From a virus: a stretch of 64,000 nucleotides of DNA. Each line of letters begins with the position of its first letter. Positions within the stretch are counted from its first letter, which is position 1. Positions 54,699-62,892 of this stretch are shown here, one piece after another. Where the stretch lies: the IMG/VR virus record IMGVR_UViG_3300028666_000023, positions 89,104 to 153,103 of that record; one strand, written 5' to 3'. The position numbers and the translations under genes were made by a program. The notes beneath the pieces are model-generated. The model worked only from the letters and a program-made list of their open reading frames with translations, did no database searches and was not told the DNA's origin.

Positions 54699-57600
54699 TT
54701 CTTCTTGGTCTCCGGGTCGGCTTCGTTGAGTCGCTTGATCTCGTCTGAGGTGGCACCGGTGTGCTTCGCAATGAGCTCCAACATCGAGTTGGCCTTGTGC
54801 GTGAGCTTCACCTGCTCGGCACCGAAGGGGTCTCGCGCTTCTGCTTCCGCCTTCGAGACTTCTTCCTTGTGCTTCTTGACGCCCTCGTCCTCTTGCAGGC
54901 CCTTCATCGCCTGCGCCAGCTTCATATTGCTACCACTCTTGAAGGCGTCCTGGATGTTTTTGATGGTCTTGGGATCGGTGACGCCGGCCATCGCTGCGAG
55001 GCCGTTCTCGTCCATCGCTGCGAGCTCCTTCCCGGAGAGCCCCAAGCCGAGCTCCTGGTTGAGGACGCCCTTCAGGCCACCGCGGCGCTCGCGCTTCAAC
55101 CGTCCGGCCATGCCCGCGGTAAACAGAAGGTCTTGCCCCTGCGCTGTGCCGGCGAGCTTGCCGCCGTACTGGAGCGCTTCCTTCTCGGAGAGCAGGCCGA
55201 TCGCGTTAGATTGGTCCTGCATGAGGGACTGCGCGCGCTCGAGATCTCCAGACTTCTCCGCCTCCGCGATCGCGGCGGCGCGCTGCATCACGGAGAACTT
55301 GCCACCGTCGCCGGTCAGCTTGTGGCTCACGGCGTCGTAGACACCAGAGTTCACCATGCGCTTGACGTCAGCAGCGCCTTGGACGCGGAAGCGACGGCGC
55401 GCTTCTTCTTGGTCGCGCTTCTGCTGCGCATCGACGTTCCCCGCCATCAACCCCAGCATCGGACGGCCCGCTTCGACCTGACGCTTCTCGAGATCGGTCA
55501 TCTTCTTGGTGTCGCCGCCGGTGCGCTCCAAGATCTCCATCGCGTCCGAGCCCTGCAACATGCGCTTGTACTCTTGGAAGTTCGTTCCCTTCTCGCCGAC
55601 GTCGAGGGCTGCCTGCTGGACGCGATCGCGCGCGTTGGCGCGCTCGGCAGGATCGGCGCTGAGAAGGCCCGATGCCATGTCGCGGAACTCCTTCCCCTTG
55701 TAGAAGTCGCCCGCTGCCTGCTCCGTCTGGTACGAGCCCGTGAGCTTGCCGACCAAGTCCACCGCCGCGGTGCGCGCGTGCTCTGCTGCCGACTTGCTCC
55801 CGCCGAACTTCAGCAGGCCAAGGGGTCCGAGAAGACCTGCGGTGAGGCTCGAGGCGTACGAACCGGCCATCCCAGCGGCCACCTTCTCACCACGCGAGCG
55901 ACTGTCGCGCACGCCCATCGCCTTCGCCCACGCACGGTTCTCTTCCGTGACGCTGGAGAAGCCACCCGGCGCCGCGGTCCCCGGAAGACCGCCCGGCGCG
56001 TTGTAGTTTGCGAGGAGACCAGACCCTTCACCCACGCCAGCGGCGCGTTCGACTTGCCCGATGATGGCTGCCTTCTCTTCGGGGCTGTGCGCTGCGCGGA
56101 GCCGCGCGGCCGTGATGGGGTCGGACTGCTCGAGGGCAGCTTGGATCGACACCACGCGGGAGTCGCCTGAGCCGCCGACGCCGAAGACGTAGGCGCTTCG
56201 GATCTTGTCGCGCGTCGCCGCGCTCATGGTGAACGAGCCACTCGTCTCGTACGCGGACCGCGCGGTGGCGATCGACTGCAGCTTGTCCTGCATCTGCTGC
56301 GAGTTCATCCCGCGGAGGTCGAAGCCCGCGCGCTGCATCTGGGAGACGCCACTCTCGCCGGCGACGACCCATGAGAGACCGCGCCCGACGGCGCCAGGTA
56401 CGTCGCCACCGGAGAACAGGGATCCTCCGCGGCCGTTCCAGCCTGCCATGACGTTGTCTCCGAAGTCCCCGGAGACGCCACGGCGCATCTGACGCGCGAA
56501 GTCCAGCCCTTGCGCCCGTCCGCCGAGACCGAAACCTCCGCCCGAACCAGCGAAGCGGCTGCGTCCGCCACCGCCGAGACCGAGGTTGGCCGCGCCGTGC
56601 TTGCCGGCGGCACCACCGACCTGCATCTGCCGCATGGAATCGTCGAGGTCTTTCGAGAACGTCTCGACGTACGTCCCGAAGAGGTCATTCATGAAGCTGT
56701 CGATCGCTTCGGAGCCCGAGTTGAAGACGTCCTGGCCGACCTTCTGCAGCTTGCCGTTCACGATCTCGCGCGCCTGCTCGTAGCGCTGCTTGATGCCGGA
56801 CACGCCCTGCATCTTGCGCTGCTGCGCGAGGCCCTGGAAGTAGTTGTCCTGGCGCTCGGAGGACTGCATCTCGCGCATGATGGCGGGCATGTTGTTCGCC
56901 ATCTTCACCGCGGCATCCATTTCGTCGCGGCCCATCCCGAGCTGACGCTGCGCGAAGAGCATCGAGCGATCGTCCATCTCGTTGATGTTGATGCCCTTGC
57001 TCGCCGCCCACTCGTTGAGCTGGATGGCAGGGAGGAATGCGCCGAAGCGCGCCATCGCCGCGCCGCGTAGACGACCCTCGTTGCGGATGAAGTTCGCGCG
57101 GTTCACCGGCGCACCGGCGCCCGTGACGTGCGATCGATCGGCCCCCATCGTCTCCTGGATGCCCATCCCACCGGCCAAGATCTGCTGCACCGCCGATTCG
57201 TCGAGGGTGCCGTTCTTCCCCGCCATGGAGGCTAGCGCGCGCCGACCGCGCCCGCTCTGGAGCCAGCTCCCCGCGCGCTGCATCTGACTCGAGGCGAAGG
57301 CCTGACGTCCCTCGGCACCCGTGAGACCGGTCGCGTTGTAGATGTCCTCCTCTGAAAGGACGCCCATCTGCTGCGCGGTGCCGATCTGACCGATGGTGCG
57401 GATGCCCGCCATCGCTCCTTGGCTTCCGAGGCCTCCGATGGAGCGGGAGATCTGGGAGCCGATGCTCGCCGCGCCCGTCACTTCGCTCATGGCGAGGTTG
57501 CCGGACACGCTCGCCGATCGAACTGCGTTCGTGAACCGCCCCACGTGGTTCATCCCGAAGACGCCGGACTGCTTCGCGGCCGCGGCGAACTCCATCGCCC

Positions 57601-58273
57601 CCTCGAGTGTGGTCCCGAGGTCCTTCGCCATGGTCTTCAGCGTGCCGACCATGTCCTTGAAGCGGCGGGTGAACTCCTGGACGTCGCGCACCCCCTGGGC
57701 GAGGCCCATCGTCGACATCTTGCCAGCGAGCTGCGTGAGCTCGCCCATGGAGGTGATCTCCCCTCCCGGACCGAACTGCTCGGTCATGCCGCGCATCATG
57801 CCGCCGATTTGGCTCATGTCACCGCGCCCGAAACCGCTCCCACCGTGCTGGTTCCTGAACGAGTACGACCCCCGGAGGGTCTGATTCAGGTCCATTTGCT
57901 GCCCCATGCCCTGATACATCTGCTGGCCGGCGTAGTGGATGCCTGCTCCCGCTGCCATCAGAGGGAGAGCAACCGCTCCACCCGCTGCAACCGCGCCGCC
58001 GAGGCCTGCGCCCGCGCCGAAGGCACCCAAGCCAGCCCTCAAACCGAGGGACATGGGGTCCAAACCGAGCATGCCCATCGCGCCGGAGAGCATCGGAGCG
58101 CCCACCGAGCTCGCGCGGTTGGCCGCCCCGCTCATCATCGCGTCTGCGCCGGCCCCGTTCTGCCCGCCGTAAACACCCCCCTGCCCGATGGCAGACGAGT
58201 AGGCCATGCGATTCATCGATGCCTGAGTGAACGCGCCGTTCATCTGCGCGATCTCGGCGGAGGACATCGGCAT
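54695..58273 (-). CDS. tail tape measure protein
   Basis: 1192 aa, Gly/Ala/Met-rich and helical, with hydrophobic Gly-zipper segments; heads the baseplate operon. Confidence 0.75.
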   Translation of the reverse strand: MPMSSAEIAQMNGAFTQASMNRMAYSSAIGQGGVYGGQNGAGADAMMSGAANRASSVGAPMLSGAMGMLGLDPMSLGLRAGLGAFGAGAGLGGAVAAGGAVALPLMAAGAGIHYAGQQMYQGMGQQMDLNQTLRGSYSFRNQHGGSGFGRGDMSQIGGMMRGMTEQFGPGGEITSMGELTQLAGKMSTMGLAQGVRDVQEFTRRFKDMVGTLKTMAKDLGTTLEGAMEFAAAAKQSGVFGMNHVGRFTNAVRSASVSGNLAMSEVTGAASIGSQISRSIGGLGSQGAMAGIRTIGQIGTAQQMGVLSEEDIYNATGLTGAEGRQAFASSQMQRAGSWLQSGRGRRALASMAGKNGTLDESAVQQILAGGMGIQETMGADRSHVTGAGAPVNRANFIRNEGRLRGAAMARFGAFLPAIQLNEWAASKGININEMDDRSMLFAQRQLGMGRDEMDAAVKMANNMPAIMREMQSSERQDNYFQGLAQQRKMQGVSGIKQRYEQAREIVNGKLQKVGQDVFNSGSEAIDSFMNDLFGTYVETFSKDLDDSMRQMQVGGAAGKHGAANLGLGGGGRSRFAGSGGGFGLGGRAQGLDFARQMRRGVSGDFGDNVMAGWNGRGGSLFSGGDVPGAVGRGLSWVVAGESGVSQMQRAGFDLRGMNSQQMQDKLQSIATARSAYETSGSFTMSAATRDKIRSAYVFGVGGSGDSRVVSIQAALEQSDPITAARLRAAHSPEEKAAIIGQVERAAGVGEGSGLLANYNAPGGLPGTAAPGGFSSVTEENRAWAKAMGVRDSRSRGEKVAAGMAGSYASSLTAGLLGPLGLLKFGGSKSAAEHARTAAVDLVGKLTGSYQTEQAAGDFYKGKEFRDMASGLLSADPAERANARDRVQQAALDVGEKGTNFQEYKRMLQGSDAMEILERTGGDTKKMTDLEKRQVEAGRPMLGLMAGNVDAQQKRDQEEARRRFRVQGAADVKRMVNSGVYDAVSHKLTGDGGKFSVMQRAAAIAEAEKSGDLERAQSLMQDQSNAIGLLSEKEALQYGGKLAGTAQGQDLLFTAGMAGRLKRERRGGLKGVLNQELGLGLSGKELAAMDENGLAAMAGVTDPKTIKNIQDAFKSGSNMKLAQAMKGLQEDEGVKKHKEEVSKAEAEARDPFGAEQVKLTHKANSMLELIAKHTGATSDEIKRLNEADPETKKK

Positions 58274-58298
58274 GGGGTGAAAACCTCACCCCATACTA
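58272..58298 (-). promoter_or_regulatory. TAGTAT -10-like hexamer and 9-bp inverted repeat before the tape measure start
   Basis: ATGGGGTGA-N5-TCACCCCAT at 58272-58294. Confidence 0.5.
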
Positions 58299-58343
58299 GA
58301 GGCCAAAAGTAGCCTCCGCAAAGGCAAATTTAGGGCCCTTGGA

Positions 58344-58351
58344 GGGATAAG
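58344..58351 (+). promoter_or_regulatory. GGGATAAG phage promoter-like motif
   Basis: 18 nt before ATG 58370; also found at 58724, 59383, 59889, 60660 and 61644. Confidence 0.7.
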
Positions 58352-58369
58352 GATCTTGGAGGCATTACA

Positions 58370-58657
58370 ATGAACAACATGAACTCTTCTGAGGGTCCCA
58401 AGAGCGGCGTCTTCATGGCCGCGAAAGAGCTCTTCTCCCTGCCCATCCCGGACGAGGACTACGGCAAGGAGTTCCCCCTCGACGCGACCATCCCGTCGCG
58501 ATGCAGCTGCTGCGACAAGAAGTACAACAACGACGAGTTCCTCGCGCTCCCGGTCCCCAAGGGCTCCGAAGGCGCGTGGTTCTACCCCGCCGCCGAGGTC
58601 GAGTTCGCGATCCGCGAATGCACCTGCGGCAACAGGCTCGCCCGCCGGGTGGTCTGA
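58370..58657 (+). CDS. Zn-ribbon hypothetical protein
   Basis: CSCC...ECTCG; has its own promoter and terminator. Confidence 0.75.
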   Translation: MNNMNSSEGPKSGVFMAAKELFSLPIPDEDYGKEFPLDATIPSRCSCCDKKYNNDEFLALPVPKGSEGAWFYPAAEVEFAIRECTCGNRLARRVV

Positions 58658-58660
58658 GGG

Positions 58661-58690
58661 AGAAGTAGGGGTGAAGGACCCCTACTTTTT
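58661..58690 (+). terminator. intrinsic terminator
   Basis: AAGTAGGGG-TGAAGGA-CCCCTAC-TTTTT. Confidence 0.8.
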
Positions 58691-58750
58691 AGCCTCCAAA
58701 CAGGCAACTTTCCCATCCCAGTAGGGATAAGACCTTTGGAGGCAACCAAC

Positions 58751-59317
58751 ATGAACTTCAAATCAACAGCACTTGTACTCTTCGGCATTCTCATCGCCTG
58801 CGGAAGCAGCGCCGTCGGGGGTACCGACGACGCCAAAGCAGACAACCAGTGCACCTGCACCGGCGAAAAGGGAGCTCAAGGAGCGCCTGGTCTCGACGGC
58901 GCACAAGGCCCGGCGGGTGCGCCCGGCGCGGCAGGACCCGAGGGACCCCAAGGTCCGCAGGGACTTCAAGGAGCCGAGGGCCCGCAAGGGGTTCAAGGAC
59001 CCCAAGGCGCGCAGGGTGCGGCCGGGAAGGACGGCACCATCACTTCGAAGACCGCGCTCTACGCCGTGCAGAGCAGCGTGACCGTCCCCGCCAACAGCGG
59101 TGCGACGGTGAAGGCTGCGTGCAGCGACGCCAACGACATCCTTCTCAGCGGCAGCTGCTGGGGAGGTGGTTCGCTGGGGCAGAACCCGGTGGCCCAGAGC
59201 TACCCGGAGAACGTCGCGACGACGTCGCTCACGGCCGACTGGTACTGCGACGGCGTCAACGCGAGCTCGTCGAGCTTCCAGCTCACCGCCACGGCTGTCT
59301 GCGTGTCGGTCCCCTGA
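58751..59317 (+). CDS. collagen-like (Gly-X-Y) lipoprotein
   Basis: Signal peptide with lipobox LIA-C; about 19 GXY triplets; Cys-containing beta C-terminal domain. Confidence 0.85.
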   Translation: MNFKSTALVLFGILIACGSSAVGGTDDAKADNQCTCTGEKGAQGAPGLDGAQGPAGAPGAAGPEGPQGPQGLQGAEGPQGVQGPQGAQGAAGKDGTITSKTALYAVQSSVTVPANSGATVKAACSDANDILLSGSCWGGGSLGQNPVAQSYPENVATTSLTADWYCDGVNASSSSFQLTATAVCVSVP

Positions 59318-59324
59318 AGGGGAG

Positions 59325-59353
59325 ACAAGAAGGGGAGGAGCCCTTCTTGTTTT
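59325..59353 (+). terminator. intrinsic terminator
   Basis: ACAAGAAGGG-GAGGAG-CCCTTCTTGT-TTT. Confidence 0.75.
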
Positions 59354-59408
59354 AGCTACCAGCAAATTCGCCTGTGTCTCCAGGGATAAGAGCTTTGGAG
59401 GCTTCAAC

Positions 59409-59576
59409 ATGGAAAAGCAACGCCGAATGGACATCTTGCAAGTGATGAAGGAAGAAGAGTCGCGCGGAGGGATGCCGTATCATCAGACCAGGATGTGCCT
59501 GTCTGACGAGCTACCCGAGGGAGACTTCTTCGAGCTGCCACGTCGGTGGGTCGACCCGCCGAAGGAGAAGAAGTGA
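59409..59576 (+). CDS. hypothetical protein
   Basis: MEKQRRMD after GGGATAAG and GGAGG. Confidence 0.65.
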   Translation: MEKQRRMDILQVMKEEESRGGMPYHQTRMCLSDELPEGDFFELPRRWVDPPKEKK

Positions 59577-59824
59577 TGCGATTCAGGGACCAACTGAAGG
59601 ATGACTTGATGCGACTGCCCGAGATCGAGAAGGCGATCAAGGAGTCGGCGCGTCACATCCTGCTGGTAAAGACGTTGGCCGATGCCGACCCCGCCGCGCC
59701 GAAGGGTGTGCGCGAGGGCCTCGAGGAGAACCTCGAAGAGCACCGTCGGCAGCTCGCGGACATCCGTGAGATCCGCCGGCAGCTCCCCGAGAAGTACCTC
59801 GTAGGCAGCGGCGGCGACGCATGA
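59576..59824 (+). CDS. coiled-coil hypothetical protein
   Basis: TGATG coupling. Confidence 0.65.
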   Translation: MRFRDQLKDDLMRLPEIEKAIKESARHILLVKTLADADPAAPKGVREGLEENLEEHRRQLADIREIRRQLPEKYLVGSGGDA

Positions 59825-59854
59825 AGTGGGGGTCCTCCGGGACCCCTTCTTTTT
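59823..59854 (+). terminator. intrinsic terminator
   Basis: GGGGTCC-TCCG-GGACCCC-TTCTTTTT. Confidence 0.8.
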
Positions 59855-59916
59855 AGCCTCCCATCCCGTAATTCCAGGCCTCCCGGCAGGAATAAGAAGG
59901 ATGAAGGAGGCTACGT

Positions 59917-60216
59917 ATGTCAGACATCATCAAAGGCGAGACACTCGCCAAGGGTCAGGTTGTTCTCATCCCGGTTGAAGTTCCCATGGCGTCAGGCCGG
60001 GTACTCGCAGGGTTCGTGTTCATCGCATCGCTCGGCATCCTGGGCGCGGCGGTGGCATACAATGCCGGTCGCGAGGACGGGCAGAACGAAGAGCGTCGCA
60101 TCTTCGAGCGCGAGCTGCAGGCGCGCATGAAAGCAGTCGAGGAGAAAGCCGACGCTCGGGTGGAAGAAATCCGCCGCGAGCGCGGCAGTCCTAGGCAGCA
60201 CGAGGCGCGGACGTGA
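59917..60216 (+). CDS. single-pass membrane protein
   Basis: TM segment VLAGFVFIASLGILGAAVAY followed by a coiled coil. Confidence 0.7.
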   Translation: MSDIIKGETLAKGQVVLIPVEVPMASGRVLAGFVFIASLGILGAAVAYNAGREDGQNEERRIFERELQARMKAVEEKADARVEEIRRERGSPRQHEART

Positions 60217-60488
60217 TCTTCATGGTCCTCGCCGCCGGCGCCCTCGTGGGCGTGGTGACGAAGCTGGCGGCACCGGTGCGAAAGCTCCGGGCCGCCACGG
60301 ACATGATGGCGGGGTTGAAACGAGGGGAGATGAAGCAGCCGATGCGTCTCGAGCTGCTGCTGTCCCTCGAGCAGTTCGACCGCCTCATGGGCGATCGCGA
60401 GGTGGAGCTCGCGTTCATCGAGATGTCCGCTCTCAGACGGACGGGCGCAGTACCGGTCTGCCACGAGTGTGGCGGAGCCTGCGTGTGA
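60213..60488 (+). CDS. hypothetical protein
   Basis: GTGA coupling; C-terminal CHECG. Confidence 0.6.
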   Translation: MIFMVLAAGALVGVVTKLAAPVRKLRAATDMMAGLKRGEMKQPMRLELLLSLEQFDRLMGDREVELAFIEMSALRRTGAVPVCHECGGACV

Positions 60489-60730
60489 AACACGCGCGGG
60501 ATCGAGGAACAAGAAAGATGTGGGGGTTCTACGGAGGCAACGTGGAAGGAAAAGAACCGTCTCTCAAGCATTCACTTTTCAACGAGCTGCGGGAGGTCGG
60601 TCTGTCGCTGGAAACACCGGAGGCAGACACCCCGAGGCAGCAAAAACGCCACGGAAACAGGGATAAGAACACTGGAAGGAAAGTAGTTGTGCTTCCAACC
60701 AGGGAAAACAAACAGGAGGAATCAGTCATC

Positions 60731-61018
60731 ATGAACCAGCCCAGCACGAACGAGAACCAGCCGACGTCGACCTCGAGCATCGAGACGGCAGCGGCCAGGA
60801 TCGGTGAGTCCCTGCAATCGGACATGACCCACGCGGTGCGCGAGATGCACACCCTGCGGCGTCGATTCGAAGAGCAGCACTCGCTGAAAGCGGAGTTGAT
60901 CCGCGGTGGCGCCATGTTCGCCTTGATCACCGGTGCGGTGGTCGCGGGCGGCTTGGTCGTCAACAAAGTCATCACGCGCGGTCAGCCGGACTTCCCCGCC
61001 GGCAAACCGACGAAGTGA
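60731..61018 (+). CDS. C-terminally anchored membrane protein
   Basis: AGGAGG SD before ATG 60731; TM segment GAMFALITGAVVAGGLVV. Confidence 0.7.
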   Translation: MNQPSTNENQPTSTSSIETAAARIGESLQSDMTHAVREMHTLRRRFEEQHSLKAELIRGGAMFALITGAVVAGGLVVNKVITRGQPDFPAGKPTK

Positions 61019-61025
61019 CGGACAA

Positions 61026-61056
61026 GAAAGAGGCCGCTTCGCGGCGTGCCTCTTTC
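61026..61056 (+). terminator. intrinsic terminator-like hairpin
   Basis: GAAAGAGGC-CGC-TTCG...GCCTCTTTC. Confidence 0.6.
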
Positions 61057-61260
61057 ACTACATCCGGAGGCTCATCCAGAAGAACTACGTGAGAGCCATG
61101 CCATCACGCCTCCAGGCCTCTGACTCTCACTTCGCGCGCGCCCAGCCCCCTCAGTTTTCCACCCGGCTCCTTCCCGTGGTCTTTCCTGAGGGGGTCGGGC
61201 GCGTTTTTAGCTACCGGGCTGGGTCAGATGTTGTTGTCAAGATCGTCATGTTCTTTTTAC

Positions 61261-61289
61261 TTGCAGTACTGATCCCCCGACCGTACTTT
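61261..61289 (+). promoter_or_regulatory. housekeeping sigma70-type promoter
   Basis: TTGCAG-N17-TACTTT upstream of AAGGAG SD and ATG 61316. Confidence 0.55.
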
Positions 61290-61315
61290 TACCTCAAGAA
61301 GAAAGGAGCCCGCCC

Positions 61316-61600
61316 ATGTCTCTCGATCCCGTTCTGTTCGACATCCCCCAGTTCGAGACTGCCAACGAGGCGGTCCTCTTCTGCTACGAGAAGATGCGCG
61401 AGTTCGACATGAAGTCGGAGATGAACCGCATCCGCGGCATGCTCCCCATCAACAAGCCGAGTCTCGCGCGCGCCGTTCTGCGCGAGCTGCTCTTGATGCG
61501 TCCGACCATCAAGCTGCGCGTCGTCGCCACGTACATGGACGTCGCGATCGGGGCGCTTCAACACGCTCTGTCGCAGCCGGTCTTCCTCGCCGCGAGCTGA
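61316..61600 (+). CDS. hypothetical protein
   Basis: Strong SD and codon bias. Confidence 0.7.
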   Translation: MSLDPVLFDIPQFETANEAVLFCYEKMREFDMKSEMNRIRGMLPINKPSLARAVLRELLLMRPTIKLRVVATYMDVAIGALQHALSQPVFLAAS

Positions 61601-61691
61601 AACAGCCGCGTGCCGTGTCAGTAGCAAACCGGACAGCCTCCAAGGGATAAGAGTCTTGGAGAGGATTGATGCCTCTCCAGGAGGCTGCGAC

Positions 61692-62345
61692 ATGCATTGT
61701 TTCGAGCTTGGTCAGACAGTTCAGAAGGGACTGCTGCTTCAACGCGATCCACACGCGTACATCACTACGCCCGAAGGGAGTTGCGCAACTCTCGTTCTGG
61801 CGAAGGACATCAGCGACCCTGCGGACCGCATCCCGAAGTACATCCAGTCCCCCCTACGTCTGAAGTTCGCCGAGATGGAGATCGGCAACGGCGTGATCGT
61901 CCTGAAGAGGGACTACCGTAGGCACCAGCGCCATCGGCACAAGGTGTCCGCGCTCGTGCGTGTGCATACGGCTGGAGGTGCGGGTGGGGTCGCGCGGCTC
62001 CTCGCGAGCTCATTCGACGAGATCGTGCTGGGCAGGAGTCCGAGGGAAGAAGTGGGCAGGAACTACCACAAGTTCCCGCCAGCGGGCGTCCACCCGTTCT
62101 GCGACAACGAGCATCTGAAGAAGGTGCGTGAAGGAGTGGAGATTCTGGACGTGCTTATGCTTATGCAGCCTGGCGCAGGGTTCCGCATTCATCGAACTGG
62201 AGATTTGAAGGACCAGTTCGGGGAGAGCGAGAGCGCGCAGATTGCAGTTCGATGGTCTGGGTACTCGATGACGGCGCGTGGTTACGACGACCGGATTCCT
62301 GTGCTCAATCCCTTGCCGGAGGCGCTGCCGGTGGCAGCAGAATGA
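61692..62345 (+). CDS. hypothetical protein
   Basis: MHCFELGQ after AGGAGG; GGGATAAG at 61644. Confidence 0.7.
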   Translation: MHCFELGQTVQKGLLLQRDPHAYITTPEGSCATLVLAKDISDPADRIPKYIQSPLRLKFAEMEIGNGVIVLKRDYRRHQRHRHKVSALVRVHTAGGAGGVARLLASSFDEIVLGRSPREEVGRNYHKFPPAGVHPFCDNEHLKKVREGVEILDVLMLMQPGAGFRIHRTGDLKDQFGESESAQIAVRWSGYSMTARGYDDRIPVLNPLPEALPVAAE

Positions 62346-62716
62346 TTTTGGGAAGCGGCCTTACTCGAGGAGGCCGCTTCCTTTTTCTTAGCCTCTCTCG
62401 GCTTGCGCTCGGGAGAGAGCCCGTCGATCTTCTTGCCGATCTGCTCGAGGAGCGCGCTGATGGTGCGCCTGCACGGCTCACAGAGGTCGACGAACTCCAC
62501 CTTGCGCGGTACGGCGGGGATGTGGTTCCCAGTTCCGATCGAACCCTCCTCGAGGATGAGCGCAGTGAAGGCGGGAGTCGGTATCGTGCCGGTCCACGTC
62601 TGCGGTTGGAGGTTCGTCACTCCACCGGCGACGGAGAAGCTCGGCTCGAAGATGGGCTTCTCCTCCACGCGCTTGCAGCGATCGCAGTGCACCTTCCGAA
62701 CGTCTTGAGTCGTCAT
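62282..62716 (-). CDS. hypothetical Zn-binding protein
   Basis: HCDRC...DLCEPC; GAAGGAG SD. Confidence 0.65.
   Translation of the reverse strand: MTTQDVRKVHCDRCKRVEEKPIFEPSFSVAGGVTNLQPQTWTGTIPTPAFTALILEEGSIGTGNHIPAVPRKVEFVDLCEPCRRTISALLEQIGKKIDGLSPERKPREAKKKEAASSSKAASQNHSAATGSASGKGLSTGIRSS
62352..62388 (+). terminator. intrinsic terminator (inside the convergent ORF end)
   Basis: GGAAGCGGCCTT...GAGGCCGCTTCC-TTTTT. Confidence 0.7.
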
Positions 62717-62892
62717 GTTCCTTCTCCTTCCACTCCTGGAACCTTCGTTCTGTTCTTCTCGTGCATGAGGAAGTAACAGAAGGTCTTTACGATCGCGCGC
62801 TCCGGGCGCACGATGGGACCGTTGCCCCTCTGCTGGAACCAGGAGTCGAACTCTGCGATGAGTGAGTTGATCTTCTCTTCTTCTGTCGTCAT
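62713..62892 (-). CDS. hypothetical protein
   Basis: MTTEEEKINS; GAGGAG upstream; coupled to the next gene. Confidence 0.55.
   Translation of the reverse strand: MTTEEEKINSLIAEFDSWFQQRGNGPIVRPERAIVKTFCYFLMHEKNRTKVPGVEGEGT

Noticed and set aside
241-58312. Many long plus-strand ORFs (e.g. 4734-5813, 37898-40000, 51068-52285, 54761-56170)
   Set aside because: They are antisense shadows of well-supported minus-strand genes, expected at high GC3, and lack SDs and recognisable motifs
58300-62390. Integron cassette array with attC sites
   Set aside because: No GTTRRRY/RYYYAAC core sites and no integrase in the window; the junctions are explained as terminator plus promoter
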